The notes below the pieces were generated by a model. The model was not told where the DNA came from. It was given only the letters and a program-made list of their open reading frames with translations, and made no database searches. Shown here piece by piece: positions 37,250-48,560 of a stretch of DNA of 64,000 bases (the first letter of the stretch is position 1; every line of letters begins with the position of its first letter). The stretch covers positions 672,001-736,000 of the forward strand of contig CBDDTI010000747.1 in NCBI GenBank assembly GCA_965233585.1, given 5' to 3'. Both the position numbers and the translations under genes were made by a program. The DNA is from a bacterium (GTDB lineage: Bacteria; SAR324; NAC60-12).

Positions 37250-38182
37250 ATGACAAAAAGGGTTTTGGTGACGGGTGGTGCAGGTTTTATCGGGTCATTT
37301 CTTTGTGAACGTCTGATTCAAGAAGGACATGACGTGATTTGTTTAGATAATTTTTTTACAGGACGCAAACGCAATCTTTCTCAAGTGATGTCATCAGACC
37401 ATTTTGAAGTGATTCGCCATGACGTCATCAACCCCATCTTGCTAGAAGTAGATTGGATTTTTAACCTTGCCTGCCCTGCTTCTCCAATTCACTACCAATA
37501 CAATCCTGTCAAAACCATCAAAACCAACGTGTTAGGAATGTTGAATATGCTTGGTCTTGCCAAAAGAATCAATGCTCGTCTTTTGCAAGCCTCTACTTCA
37601 GAAGTTTATGGAGACCCTCAAATTCACCCACAATCAGAGGATTATTGGGGGAATGTCAATCCAATCGGCATCAGAAGTTGCTACGATGAAGGCAAACGTG
37701 TGGCTGAAACCTTGTTGTTTGATTACAAACGTCAAAGTCAAGTGGATGGAAAAGTGATTCGGATCTTCAATACTTACGGTCCAAGAATGAGTGTGAATGA
37801 CGGGCGAGTTGTCAGTAACTTTATCATAGCGGCATTGCAGGGGAGGGATTTGGAAGTCTATGGAGACGGTAGCCAAACAAGGTCTTTTTGCTATGTTTCT
37901 GATTTAGTGGAGGGTATTTTGCGTATGATGCAGAAAGATGATTTTGCAGGACCAGTCAATTTGGGGAATCCCGGTGAATTTACAGTACTGGAACTTGCAG
38001 AACTGGTGCTAAACCTTTCAGGTTCATCGTCAAAAATCCGTCATCTTGAAGCAAGAGAAGATGACCCTTTGCGTAGGAAGCCAAACATTGAACTTGCTCA
38101 AAAAAAACTAGACTGGAAGCCTAACGTCTCTTTGCAGGTCGGCTTGAAACACACTATTGATTACTTTAGAAAAATCATTTAA
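37250..38182 (+). CDS. UDP-glucuronate decarboxylase (UDP-xylose synthase family)
   Basis: [33 protein letters not shown] and DGRVVSNF motifs. Confidence 0.92.
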   Translation: MTKRVLVTGGAGFIGSFLCERLIQEGHDVICLDNFFTGRKRNLSQVMSSDHFEVIRHDVINPILLEVDWIFNLACPASPIHYQYNPVKTIKTNVLGMLNMLGLAKRINARLLQASTSEVYGDPQIHPQSEDYWGNVNPIGIRSCYDEGKRVAETLLFDYKRQSQVDGKVIRIFNTYGPRMSVNDGRVVSNFIIAALQGRDLEVYGDGSQTRSFCYVSDLVEGILRMMQKDDFAGPVNLGNPGEFTVLELAELVLNLSGSSSKIRHLEAREDDPLRRKPNIELAQKKLDWKPNVSLQVGLKHTIDYFRKII

Positions 38183-38184
38183 TT

Positions 38185-38592
38185 ATGGAAGCTCAATTTA
38201 AGGGGTTATTTTTTTTAATATTGGTTGTTTGTCTGGGGGTGGGAGAGTCATTTGCAAATCGTGGAATCAATTTGCATCAAAAGTATGAAAAGTATTCTAA
38301 ATCACATCTTGCAACGCCTATACAATCTCCACACAACAATCTGCCAGATTTAGACCAGAGAATCCCTAAAGAGTATCTGCAGAATATTCAACGTTCTCGC
38401 TCATCTTCTCCATATGTCACTACGCAAAAGCAAGCTGCGCATCTGAACGAAGTGATAAGGCAATCTGCCAAACATACAAAGAAAAGCCATGACATTGAAA
38501 AGGAACGAAGTTACAAACTACAAAAGTTTTTGTATCATCAATTTCGCCACAGTCCTTCTCCAAACTACGATCCAAATTTTCGTCAGCGATAA
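38185..38592 (+). CDS. hypothetical exported protein
   Basis: Signal-peptide-like N-terminus, 2 nt after the upstream stop. Confidence 0.55.
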   Translation: MEAQFKGLFFLILVVCLGVGESFANRGINLHQKYEKYSKSHLATPIQSPHNNLPDLDQRIPKEYLQNIQRSRSSSPYVTTQKQAAHLNEVIRQSAKHTKKSHDIEKERSYKLQKFLYHQFRHSPSPNYDPNFRQR

Positions 38593-38613
38593 AGGAATCT
38601 GCTGAAACCAAAT

Positions 38614-40965
38614 TTATTGATTAGTTGGAGTTTTCATTGCAAATGAATTGACAAATGCAATTTGAAGGGCTTCTTCTGCATTGGTGATGAAGTGTGGCTT
38701 GAGGTCTTCAAGAATTTCTTCAGGCACTTCTGCCAAATCAGGCTTGTTTTCTTGCGGGAGAATCACCTCAAAAATTCCAGAACGTTTGGCAGCCAGTAAC
38801 TTGTCTTTCATGCCTCCAACCTTGAGAACTTTCCCACGCAAATTGATTTCGCCAGTGACAGCAACATCGTTTCTTATTGGCATTTGCGATATGGTACTGA
38901 CCAACGAACAAATCAACGCAACTCCAACAGAGGGACCATCTTTGGGAATAGAACCTTCTGGTAAATGGATGTGAAAATTGTGTTGCTTAAATGTCTCTTG
39001 GGGCAAACTAAAGTGTTCAGATTGAGAATGAACAAAGGAAAATGCAGTTTCAATAGACTCTTTCAACACATCTCCAAGTTTTCCCGTCATAATGAGTTTT
39101 CCATCGCCTGACATCATACTGATTTCAACCATCATAATCTCTCCCCCCAACGAAGTGACGCTTAAACCAGTTGTGACCCCTACCTTACTTGCATTTTCTT
39201 TAGAAGCATTATGAAAAGTGGGGGGTCCTAAAAGTTTTATCAACATGGATTGATTGAGTACAATGTTGCGGTCTTGATTTTCTTTGACCAGCTGTGTTGC
39301 AACCTTGCGGCAGACTTTGCCAAGTTGCCTTTCTAAATTCCTGACTCCTGCCTCACGTGTGTAACGTTCAATAATTTTCATTAAAATGGTCTTTCTTATA
39401 GAAAGCTGACGTGCATTGAGTCCGTGTTCTGCACTTTGCTTAGGCAAGATGAATTGTTTGGCAATGTGATATTTCTCCAATTCGGTATATCCCGAAAGGT
39501 GAATCACTTCCATACGGTCAAGCAAAGGGAAGGGAATGCGGTTTGTGGAATTGGCTGTGCAGATGAAAAGGATAGAAGAGAGGTCGTAGTCAATTTCCAA
39601 ATAATGATCCACAAATGATTGATTTTGTTCAGGGTCTAGGATTTCTAACAGAGCAGATGCGGGGGCATTGGTTGAATTTTGATAAAGTTTATCAATCTCA
39701 TCAAGCAAAAACACAGGGTTTGTACTTTGAACTTTCCGAAGCGATTGAATCACCTTCCCCGGCATTGCACCAATGTAAGTGCGTCTGTGTCCCCTAATTT
39801 CTGCTTCATCTCTGACACCACCCAGACTCATTCTGACAAACTCACGCTTCAAGGCTCGTGCGATGGATTTAGCAAGTGAAGTCTTTCCAACGCCTGGAGG
39901 ACCCACAAAACAAATGATATGCCCCTTCATCGTTTTTTTCAAAGTAGCAACTGCAATGTATTCAAGAATTTGGTCTTTGACCTTAAAGAGTCCGTAATGG
40001 TCTTCATTTAAAATTTTTTGGGCTTGTTGCAGATTAAAACTTTCTTGTGTGTTGTACTTCCAAGGCATATTGACAAGCCATTCCAAGTAATTCCTAATGA
40101 CATTCGCTTCAGCAGAAGTGGCAGAAGTCATTCTAAGTTTTTTCAACTCTTTCAACGCACTTTCTTTGGCTTTTTCGGGCATTCCACAAGAATAAATCTG
40201 TTTTTTCAACTCTTCAATTTCATTGCCACTTTCATCTACATGACCAAGCTCTTTTTGAATATTACGTAACTGTTGGTGCAAGTAATCTTCTTTGTGAGAC
40301 ACCGCAACACTTTCCTTGACTTGGTCTTGTAACTTGACACCCATTTGTGTGATTTCAAGTTCTTTTTTCAAAAAACTCAAAATCAATTCCAAACGTTTAG
40401 AAATATTCGTTTCTTCTATCAGTAAAAATTTTTGTTCTTTACTTAAGTCAAAAAACGGGGCTAAAAAATCGGGCAATGTTTCTAACTCTAACTGCTCCAG
40501 TTGTTTTAATTTTTCAGCAGAAATTTTACCTGAAAACGTCTCAGCATTGTCTAATAACAATTTCTTGAGTTGATTGGCTAACTGATTTGCTTTCTGAGTC
40601 ACCTTTTTCTGCCAGACTTCAAGATAGACAAAGAAGCATTTGTCTTGTTCTTCAAAGCGAATGATCCTAGCACGTCTTTTTCCCTCAAAAATCGCTTTGA
40701 CTGCCTGAGAACGCATTCTCACAGAGGACTCCAGTGTTCCCACAACTCCAACTTTGCAAAGGTCAATGAGAGCAGGATTGTCAACAGAAGGTTGCATTTG
40801 TGTAACGACAAAAATCTCTTTGCGATGTTCTTCCGCATATTCCAATGCTTTGATAGAGGAAGGACGACCAATCATCAATGGAACGGTTGTCATAGGGAAA
40901 ATCACTTCTTCACGCAGGGGTAAAAGAGGGAGGTAGAGGAAATCTTTAGTAACAAATTTAGGCAT
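38614..40965 (-). CDS. lon: ATP-dependent protease La
   Basis: LON N-domain (LPLREEVIFP), GPPGVGKTS, GHRRTYIGAMPG and PKDGPSVG (catalytic Ser). Confidence 0.95.
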   Translation of the reverse strand: MPKFVTKDFLYLPLLPLREEVIFPMTTVPLMIGRPSSIKALEYAEEHRKEIFVVTQMQPSVDNPALIDLCKVGVVGTLESSVRMRSQAVKAIFEGKRRARIIRFEEQDKCFFVYLEVWQKKVTQKANQLANQLKKLLLDNAETFSGKISAEKLKQLEQLELETLPDFLAPFFDLSKEQKFLLIEETNISKRLELILSFLKKELEITQMGVKLQDQVKESVAVSHKEDYLHQQLRNIQKELGHVDESGNEIEELKKQIYSCGMPEKAKESALKELKKLRMTSATSAEANVIRNYLEWLVNMPWKYNTQESFNLQQAQKILNEDHYGLFKVKDQILEYIAVATLKKTMKGHIICFVGPPGVGKTSLAKSIARALKREFVRMSLGGVRDEAEIRGHRRTYIGAMPGKVIQSLRKVQSTNPVFLLDEIDKLYQNSTNAPASALLEILDPEQNQSFVDHYLEIDYDLSSILFICTANSTNRIPFPLLDRMEVIHLSGYTELEKYHIAKQFILPKQSAEHGLNARQLSIRKTILMKIIERYTREAGVRNLERQLGKVCRKVATQLVKENQDRNIVLNQSMLIKLLGPPTFHNASKENASKVGVTTGLSVTSLGGEIMMVEISMMSGDGKLIMTGKLGDVLKESIETAFSFVHSQSEHFSLPQETFKQHNFHIHLPEGSIPKDGPSVGVALICSLVSTISQMPIRNDVAVTGEINLRGKVLKVGGMKDKLLAAKRSGIFEVILPQENKPDLAEVPEEILEDLKPHFITNAEEALQIAFVNSFAMKTPTNQ

Positions 40966-41184
40966 AGTTGTTTGGTGATGGATAGAATCTAGTAAATCCT
41001 TAGTCTATCTTGTCTTAGTAATAAAAAACACCCCCTCTCATACAAAAATGATGTCAGAATTTGTTTGGAAAGTGGCGTCAAAAGCAGATTGGTGAAATTG
41101 ACTAAAAATTCTTGCCCTTATCAAAATTTTCGTTACAATAATGTGTTTTCGTTTTTCCTCTTCCTTCACCTTCCGTCTGTTTTT

Positions 41185-41258
<74 letters not shown>

Positions 41259-41354
41259 TTCTCGTTCCGTTTCTTAAAGCATAGCAAGTGATTCAAAACC
41301 GTGATAGACTGACGGCTTTTGCCAAGATTCCATGAGATAAATCCAGTGTTGTCA

Positions 41355-42122
41355 ATGAAAGAAACCAAAAAAATTAAGAAAGAAAATGATGAAGAACTCA
41401 CAGAAGGAATGATGCCATTGGGGGGGCATTTGTCAGAGTTGCGTAAGCGATTGTTGATTTCTATTGGGGCAATCTTTGTGGCATTTGTCGCAGTGGCATC
41501 TGTTGAAATAGAGCTTGATCAGCCAATTTTGACATGGTTTAGAGAACCTCTTGCACGTAGAAACGTCCCTTTAGTTTTTGATGAATTGACTGAACCCTTC
41601 TTTACTTACTTGAGAATAGGGATTTATGCAGGTTTGTTCCTGACTTTTCCAATTACACTGACTCAAATCTGGTTGTTTGTCAAACCTGCTCTTTACAAAA
41701 AGGAGCGTCACGCAGTCTGGCCTTTTTTGATTTTATCGTATCCATTGTTCATTGGAGGCGGATTATTTGGCTACTTTGTCGTGCTTCCTTTTGGCTATGA
41801 CTTCTTTTTGAGCTTCCAAAATTCCATCACTTTGCCTTCTTTGCAAATGGGAGCGTATCTGACTTTAACAGTCCATATTCTGTTTGCATTTGGACTGGTC
41901 TTTGAACTACCGATTATCTCTTTATTACTGACACGTATGGGGGTCATTGACGCCACATTTTTAAGAAAAAACCGAAAATATGCACTCGTGATAATTTTTA
42001 TTGTGGCAGCTGTTTTGACTCCTCCAGATTTATTTACACAAGGGTTGATGGCAGTGCCGCTGATTATCCTCTACGAAATTGGGATCATTGTCTCTGCAGT
42101 CGCCAGAAAAGCCGAAGTTTGA
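41355..42122 (+). CDS. tatC: twin-arginine translocase subunit TatC
   Basis: HLSELRKRL, PALYKKER, FGLVFELP and AAVLTPPD motifs. Confidence 0.95.
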   Translation: MKETKKIKKENDEELTEGMMPLGGHLSELRKRLLISIGAIFVAFVAVASVEIELDQPILTWFREPLARRNVPLVFDELTEPFFTYLRIGIYAGLFLTFPITLTQIWLFVKPALYKKERHAVWPFLILSYPLFIGGGLFGYFVVLPFGYDFFLSFQNSITLPSLQMGAYLTLTVHILFAFGLVFELPIISLLLTRMGVIDATFLRKNRKYALVIIFIVAAVLTPPDLFTQGLMAVPLIILYEIGIIVSAVARKAEV

Positions 42123-42180
42123 GTCATCAGGCTTATTTATGCTACAATCCCGATTTTTTCGCCTAAACTGCTAGAGTAGA

Positions 42181-43449
42181 ATGCCAAACATTCAGCATTA
42201 CAGGAAGAAGATTACCAAATTTGGTGTTTATTCACTTGCGATTGCTAGTACCTTTTCTATTGCCGCATCAGAATTTGCAATCATTCTATTGTATTTGGTT
42301 CACGTCAAAGATTTTTTTCAAAGAATACAAAAAAGCCGCGTTCGTTTTGAATTTTGGGTTTTTCTGACCTTCATTGCCACAGTGCTTGTGAGCAGTCTAG
42401 TCAATCCTTACGAACAAAATTTTTTGGAAAGTTTACGTTCGCACTATCGCCTTTTTCTTCCTTTTGTTCTTTATTTTGCAATCCGTTCTGTCAATACGAT
42501 GCTGATTTTCCGTTGTTTTTTTGGAGCATTGGGAATTGTTGCGTGCTATGGAATCGTGCAATATTTTACAGGTTGGGATTTGTTTCGTAGTGTTGAAAAT
42601 AGTGTAGCGACCCCTTATCTTGACCCTAACACTCATTTGCCAACAGGATTTTTTCATGGCAAAGGCAACTACACTCACCATCTGACGTTTGCAGGTGTCT
42701 TACTTTTAGGTCTTCCTCTTGCTTGTAATTTTTGTTTGGAGAAGTTTCTGAAACCGAAAGAGAGACTGTTTTATTTGGTGGTAGCGATTGCTTTGTTTGG
42801 CGGAGTGTTAGCATCTCTTTCAAGGGGGGCATGGCTGGGGCTTGCCGTTGGTTTGTGCTGTTTGGTCTATCGTATCAAAAAACGGGTATTGCTCACTTTG
42901 GTTGTCGTTGTTGCTTTGCTTTTGACAGCACTATCGTTTAATGATAGAGTCCACGATTTAGCAATCGTCAAGAGGGTGAAGTCTGGGTTTGACATTTCGG
43001 CAAATATAGACCGCTTGTTGATGTGGAAATCAGGTTGGTTGGCAATTCAAGACCATTTTTGGTTCGGCATCGGGTATGACAATGATTCTCATGTCATGGA
43101 GTCTTATCGCCAAGAAGTTTTAAAAGGGACTTCTCACACTTTTTACAATTCAACGTCTGCAGGAGTTCATAACATTTATCTGCAAACCTTTTTAAACACA
43201 GGAGTTGTTGGGTTGGTCGCTTATCTTTTTCTATGGGGGGTGGTTCTAAGTCTGCCGTTTCGGTACAAGCCTGAAACTCCTGAAGTGAAAGCAAGAGTTT
43301 TTGGCATTGCAGCAGGGATTGTGAGTTTTTTGGTGGCAGGATTTTTTGAAAATAATTTTCGCGATGGAGAAGTCCAGATCGTCGCCCTGATGATGGTGGC
43401 TCTTGTTTTATACAGCTGTAAACCACCATTGACTCGTAAGCTGGACTAA
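42181..43449 (+). CDS. O-antigen ligase family (WaaL/Wzy_C) membrane protein
   Basis: SLSRGAWLG, RLLMWKSG...FGIG and HNIYLQ motifs, multiple TM segments. Confidence 0.85.
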   Translation: MPNIQHYRKKITKFGVYSLAIASTFSIAASEFAIILLYLVHVKDFFQRIQKSRVRFEFWVFLTFIATVLVSSLVNPYEQNFLESLRSHYRLFLPFVLYFAIRSVNTMLIFRCFFGALGIVACYGIVQYFTGWDLFRSVENSVATPYLDPNTHLPTGFFHGKGNYTHHLTFAGVLLLGLPLACNFCLEKFLKPKERLFYLVVAIALFGGVLASLSRGAWLGLAVGLCCLVYRIKKRVLLTLVVVVALLLTALSFNDRVHDLAIVKRVKSGFDISANIDRLLMWKSGWLAIQDHFWFGIGYDNDSHVMESYRQEVLKGTSHTFYNSTSAGVHNIYLQTFLNTGVVGLVAYLFLWGVVLSLPFRYKPETPEVKARVFGIAAGIVSFLVAGFFENNFRDGEVQIVALMMVALVLYSCKPPLTRKLD

Positions 43450-43856
43450 CTTGTGTCGTCTGGGATCACGCCAAAAGTGTCTCGGATCATGTCCCGCATG
43501 TAGTCATCGTTTTCAAGACCAACAAAACGGATTTCTGTCGTGATTTTTTGCAGAATGGAGTTAAGGTCAAGCGGGGTGGTGCTGTTTCTCAACTCTTGAA
43601 CGATGTGCATTTTTTGCAGATTGTAGATCACTTTTTGCCTGAGACGATGTTTGACCCTGTCTAATGTCTCAGGTTTGACATGAGCCAGTGCCAGCTCAAT
43701 TTCGAGTTGGCTGTACCCAATGAGTGATAATTTAGTCCATGTTGCAAAGAGATTGTTGACGTTGGCAGAAGGAGGTTCTTGCCCCATCAATGGACTGAAG
43801 TCTCCTAAAATGAGCAACAGACTCAACACAACACTCACAGTTTGATGTTTAGTCAT
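43446..43856 (-). CDS. hypothetical exported protein
   Basis: Signal-peptide-like N-terminus, preceded by a consensus sigma28 promoter. Confidence 0.65.
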   Translation of the reverse strand: MTKHQTVSVVLSLLLILGDFSPLMGQEPPSANVNNLFATWTKLSLIGYSQLEIELALAHVKPETLDRVKHRLRQKVIYNLQKMHIVQELRNSTTPLDLNSILQKITTEIRFVGLENDDYMRDMIRDTFGVIPDDTS

Positions 43857-43913
43857 AAATCTAAATATGATAAGACCTTTCTCTTCAACACGATAAAAGA
43901 AGAGTATATTTCA

Positions 43914-43940
43914 TTATCGGCATCTTTTCTAAAATTTTTA
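43914..43940 (-). promoter_or_regulatory. sigma28 (FliA) consensus promoter
   Basis: Minus strand reads TAAA-AATTTTAGAAAAGAT(15 nt)-GCCGATAA, an exact consensus match. Confidence 0.7.
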
Positions 43941-43959
43941 ACTATTTTCGTAAAAAACT

Positions 43960-46425
43960 ATGAAAGAACAACAACTTGATAAACTTTGGGACTGGCTTGA
44001 ACAAAAAAAGTTAGATATGCCTGATGTTTTGCAATCTATTCAATACAATTTAAGATTTGTGTTGTGTCGGAATCGTAACACAACGAGAATGCACGACATT
44101 TATACCAGCATCGCTTTGTCTGTCCGTGAAAAGCTCCTTGATAACTGGAATCAAACCCAGAAGCAATATTTTGATGGAGAATATAAAAAAATTTACTATC
44201 TTTCTCTTGAATATCTGATTGGCAGAAGCCTCAAAAATCATTTGATTAATCTTGGATTGTATGAAGACTACCGAAAGACTTTAGAAACCTTTGACATTGA
44301 CCTCTCAGAACTACTTGAAGAGGAAGAAGATGCAGGGCTTGGCAATGGAGGTCTAGGACGCCTTGCCGCGTGTTTTTTAGATTCTATGACCACTTTGCAA
44401 CTACCAGCTTATGGCTACGGAATACGTTATGAATACGGAATTTTTACCCAAGAAATTAAAGATGGAGAACAAATAGAACATCCTGACACATGGCTTTCAA
44501 AAGGCTATCCTTGGGAGATTCCGCGTCATGGTCTTGGTGTCAAAGTCAAATTTTATGGACGTGTTGAAGAAGGAGGGAATATAAAAGGAACGTCCTGTTC
44601 TCGTTGGGTGGACACGCAAGATGTGATTGCTATCCCTTATGACCTTCCTATTTCAGGATATGGGACTTCTACAGTCAATAATTTAAGACTTTGGTCAGCA
44701 AAGGCATCAAAAGACTTTGATTTTGACCTCTTCAATGCTGGTGATTTTATGAAAGCTGTTGAACAGAAACAGCAGACTGAGACCATCTCAAAAGTTTTGT
44801 ATCCCAATGACACTGGCTTTATGGGTAAAGAGTTGCGTTTAAAGCAACAATACTTCTTTGTCTCTGCTTCTTTACAGGATATTTTAAGACGATACCGTGC
44901 CAAGTATTCCAGTTTTGACAAGATTGGAGACCACATTGCAATCCAACTAAACGACACGCACCCTGCTATCGCAGTTCCTGAATTTATGCGACTGATGATT
45001 GATGAAGAAGGGCTGTCATGGCAAAAAGCATGGTCTTTGACGCAATCTGTTTTCGCATATACCAATCACACCATCATGTCAGAGGCATTGGAAAAATGGT
45101 CTGTGAACTTGCTGGGAAATCTATTGCCACGCTTGATGCAAATCATTTTTGACATTAACCACTTCTTCATTTTGGAATTGCAAAAAACTTATCCAAATGA
45201 CGATCAAATCATCAAACAACTTTCTTTGATTGAAGAATCTGAAGAACAGCAAGTTCGCATGGCACATCTTGCAATCATCGGTAGCCACACGGTCAATGGC
45301 GTTTCTGCATTGCACACAGAGCTTTTGAAACAAACGATTTTCAGTGAATTTCACAAAATGAATCCTAAAAAAATTCAGAATAAAACTAATGGCATCACTC
45401 CCCGATTGTGGTTGAAGGAGGCGAATCCTTCGCTGTCTCAACTCATTGATTCTAAAATTGGGAACTCATGGACATTAAAACTTTCTGACTTAGCTCAGCT
45501 TGAAAAATTTGCTGATGATGAAGATTTTCAACAGTCATGGAAGCAAGTGAAGAAAGAGAATAAGAAGGCGCTGGCAAAGTATTTGAAGGGGCGGCATGGA
45601 TTGGTTGACCCGAACACCATGTTTGATGTGCAAGTCAAGCGGATTCACGAATACAAACGGCAGTTGCTTAATATTTTACATGCAATCATCGTTTACAATC
45701 GCATCAAAAACAATCCAAGCGAAAAACGGACTCCACGCACTGTGATGATAGGAGGCAAAGCCGCACCGGGTTACTACATGGCAAAGCTCATTATTCATCT
45801 AGCCAATGATGTTGGCAAACGACTTAATGCAGACCCATTATCAAAGGACTTGCTTAATTTCATCTTTCTTGAAAATTACAATGTCTCTTTTGCTGAAAAA
45901 ATCATTCCTGCCACTGAAATCTCACAACAAATCTCTACTGCTGGAACAGAGGCATCAGGGACAAGTAACATGAAATTCTGTCTCAATGGTGCGATGCTTC
46001 TTGGCACGATGGACGGGGCAAACATTGAAATCACTGAAGAGATTGGGCGGGAAAATATTTTTATCTTTGGCATGGAAGAGTCTGAAGTCACGTCATTGAG
46101 GAATCAAGGCTATCGGTCAAAAGATTTTATCAATGATGAAGTACAAGAGGCGTTAGACATGATTGCTAAAGGATTCTTTAATCCTGATGAACCTGACCGT
46201 TACATTGACGTTTACAACAACTTGGTTTATCAAGACCATTACATGCTTTTGGCAGATTTGCAAAGTTACATTGATTGTCAGCAAGAGGTGGAGTCTGCCT
46301 ATCAAGACCGCAAAAAATGGCTGCGCATGTCTATTCTCAACGTGGCGAGAATTGGCAAATTTTCCAGCGACCGCACCATTGATGAATATGCACGGCAAAT
46401 CTGGAACGTCAGACCTATACAATAA
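43960..46425 (+). CDS. glgP: glycogen/starch phosphorylase
   Basis: GLGNGGLGRLAACF, QLNDTHP, KRIHEYKRQ and EASGTSNMK (PLP Lys) motifs. Confidence 0.96.
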   Translation: MKEQQLDKLWDWLEQKKLDMPDVLQSIQYNLRFVLCRNRNTTRMHDIYTSIALSVREKLLDNWNQTQKQYFDGEYKKIYYLSLEYLIGRSLKNHLINLGLYEDYRKTLETFDIDLSELLEEEEDAGLGNGGLGRLAACFLDSMTTLQLPAYGYGIRYEYGIFTQEIKDGEQIEHPDTWLSKGYPWEIPRHGLGVKVKFYGRVEEGGNIKGTSCSRWVDTQDVIAIPYDLPISGYGTSTVNNLRLWSAKASKDFDFDLFNAGDFMKAVEQKQQTETISKVLYPNDTGFMGKELRLKQQYFFVSASLQDILRRYRAKYSSFDKIGDHIAIQLNDTHPAIAVPEFMRLMIDEEGLSWQKAWSLTQSVFAYTNHTIMSEALEKWSVNLLGNLLPRLMQIIFDINHFFILELQKTYPNDDQIIKQLSLIEESEEQQVRMAHLAIIGSHTVNGVSALHTELLKQTIFSEFHKMNPKKIQNKTNGITPRLWLKEANPSLSQLIDSKIGNSWTLKLSDLAQLEKFADDEDFQQSWKQVKKENKKALAKYLKGRHGLVDPNTMFDVQVKRIHEYKRQLLNILHAIIVYNRIKNNPSEKRTPRTVMIGGKAAPGYYMAKLIIHLANDVGKRLNADPLSKDLLNFIFLENYNVSFAEKIIPATEISQQISTAGTEASGTSNMKFCLNGAMLLGTMDGANIEITEEIGRENIFIFGMEESEVTSLRNQGYRSKDFINDEVQEALDMIAKGFFNPDEPDRYIDVYNNLVYQDHYMLLADLQSYIDCQQEVESAYQDRKKWLRMSILNVARIGKFSSDRTIDEYARQIWNVRPIQ

Positions 46426-46506
46426 AGTCTGAAACTGAAAGAGGTTGATATAACACGGTACTATGACAAGGTTGAACAACTTTTTAAAACTGTAAAAATC
46501 TGTTCC

Positions 46507-47370
46507 ATGCTACATCAGACCAATTTATTAGACCAAATAGACCACCTTGCTCACAGAAAAATAGAGTTAAATACTATTTATACGGAAGATTGTTTGGAGA
46601 CGATGAAAATGATGCCTTCCAATTTTTTAGACATGACGATCACATCTCCACCTTATGACGACATGAGAGGTTACGAGGGGAATCATTCAGTGCCATTTCA
46701 ATCTATTGCAAAAAGTCTTTATAGAGTGACGAAAAATGGAGGCATCGTGGTTTGGGTGATAGGAGACCAGACTAAAAATTGGAATGAAACAGGGATTTCT
46801 TTTAAACATGCCCTTTGTTTTAAGGATGTAGGTTTCAACTTGTTTGATACGATGATTTATTTAAAAACTCCCAGAGGGGCGTGCGGTAACAACCAAAGTT
46901 ATTGGCAAACTTTTGAATACATGTTTGTCTTTAGCAAAGGAAAGCCCAAGACAATCAATTTGATTTGTGATCGTGAGAATAAAGAAAGTCGCAAAGGAGA
47001 TAGTGGCACAAAAAGACTACATAACGGGGAACTTTACAATCACCATCGTGGAGGGTATAACAAGTTTGGCAGAAGAACCAATGTTTGGGAGTATCAAGTC
47101 GGTCGTGGTCATAGTACGAAAGATGAAATTGCTTTCAAGCACCCTGCTATTTACCCTGAAAAACTTGTAGAAGATCATTTAATCTCTTGGAGTCAGGAAG
47201 GTGATGTCGTGTATGACCCCTTCATGGGTTCTGGAACCACGGCTAAGATTTGTAAGCTCAAAAACAGATATTACATTGGTAGTGAGATTAATCCTAAATA
47301 TGTAGAATATGCAAAAGAAAGGCTGTCGTGGTATCAAAATATGACATGGGACAGCTCAAAGATGATGTGA
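46507..47370 (+). CDS. orphan beta-class DNA methyltransferase (SPPY, probably N4-cytosine)
   Basis: ITSPPY, HPAIYPEKL and YDPFMGSGTT motifs. No recognisable nuclease next to it. Confidence 0.85.
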   Translation: MLHQTNLLDQIDHLAHRKIELNTIYTEDCLETMKMMPSNFLDMTITSPPYDDMRGYEGNHSVPFQSIAKSLYRVTKNGGIVVWVIGDQTKNWNETGISFKHALCFKDVGFNLFDTMIYLKTPRGACGNNQSYWQTFEYMFVFSKGKPKTINLICDRENKESRKGDSGTKRLHNGELYNHHRGGYNKFGRRTNVWEYQVGRGHSTKDEIAFKHPAIYPEKLVEDHLISWSQEGDVVYDPFMGSGTTAKICKLKNRYYIGSEINPKYVEYAKERLSWYQNMTWDSSKMM

Positions 47371-47392
47371 ATATTTTAAAAAGGGCAATAGA

Positions 47393-47731
47393 ATGGATAA
47401 AGGGAACACTGAAGAGATGAATGTCGTTAAGGCTACCAGCACACAAATCATTAAGCAACTCACTGAGGCGTTCCAATCTCAAAAGAAGGTGAGGCTGAAG
47501 CATAACGAGTTTCTACTGGTCGGTATGATTGTTGATTATCAAGATTTAGATTTGTGTGATCGCATCAGAAAACAGTTTCAACTTCAGCTATCTTTGCAAG
47601 AAATAAGTATTTTTTTGATTTGTTATGAACAATTTTTAGGCTTTCAGCTGATGAGCAAGCACTCTGACCAAATAGAATTGATGCTTAACTATCAAATCCC
47701 TTATCATGAAGTCAGTCTTGAGTTGCTGTAA
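47393..47731 (+). CDS. hypothetical protein
   Basis: 112-codon ORF filling the gap between co-oriented genes. Confidence 0.5.
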   Translation: MDKGNTEEMNVVKATSTQIIKQLTEAFQSQKKVRLKHNEFLLVGMIVDYQDLDLCDRIRKQFQLQLSLQEISIFLICYEQFLGFQLMSKHSDQIELMLNYQIPYHEVSLELL

Positions 47732-48560
47732 ATGGTTTGGGACGTCATTTATAGCAATTTTCCTGTCTGTTCGCTTATTTGCGCAAGGCACTGAATTTTT
47801 GGGAGAAGACGAGACACCGCCTGCCTTGCCCCAAATACCCAATCAACAACCTGTGCCTGCTGCACCAGCAGAAGAAGCACCGCCAACCTTGCCCCAAGCA
47901 ACTCCTGCTTTACCCCAAATTTCACAATGGATTGATCTCATTTTTTTGATGGACGTTTCTGGATCAATGGAACGCACTTTGCCTGATTCCAGAGGATTGA
48001 ACAAACTTGATGCAGCAAAGACGATTTTGATTGGCATGATTCCATCGTTACGTGAAACAATCCGCTTTCAGCTGTGGACTTTCAGTAGCAGGATAGACAA
48101 GCTCAAAAACTCACCTGCTGTCAAACCTCCTCCTTTGAGTCCTATTTTTGAGCCTATTGGCAAGCCTGATTCCATTGCAAGAAAACACCTCACAGCAGAA
48201 ATTCAGAAAATTCAACCGCCCGGCGATTTTGCATTGCGAACCAATCTTTATCATGCTGTCAATGATACTATTTTTTATTTTCAATCTGCTTTATACCAAG
48301 CCCCACAGAATCAAACGCCAATTAAAACCATTGTGTTACTTTCTGATGGGCAAGATGACAATTTGTCGCCTATCACTCTTGGAATTGTGATGAGTACAAA
48401 AATCAAATTCCCAGATGTTGACATCAGAGCCATTGGTTATACAATTTCCAAAGATGATGAATTTTTTCAAGTCCTTTGCCAGATTGCATCAAAGAACCAA
48501 TGTGTGACTGCAAATAATTGGGCAGAACTTAAAAAAATGATTCAACTGTTTATCAATTAA
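47706..48560 (+). CDS. exported von Willebrand factor A domain protein
   Basis: MIDAS DVSGSM, LLSDGQD, Pro-rich linker after a signal-like segment. Confidence 0.85.
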   Translation: MKSVLSCCKWFGTSFIAIFLSVRLFAQGTEFLGEDETPPALPQIPNQQPVPAAPAEEAPPTLPQATPALPQISQWIDLIFLMDVSGSMERTLPDSRGLNKLDAAKTILIGMIPSLRETIRFQLWTFSSRIDKLKNSPAVKPPPLSPIFEPIGKPDSIARKHLTAEIQKIQPPGDFALRTNLYHAVNDTIFYFQSALYQAPQNQTPIKTIVLLSDGQDDNLSPITLGIVMSTKIKFPDVDIRAIGYTISKDDEFFQVLCQIASKNQCVTANNWAELKKMIQLFIN

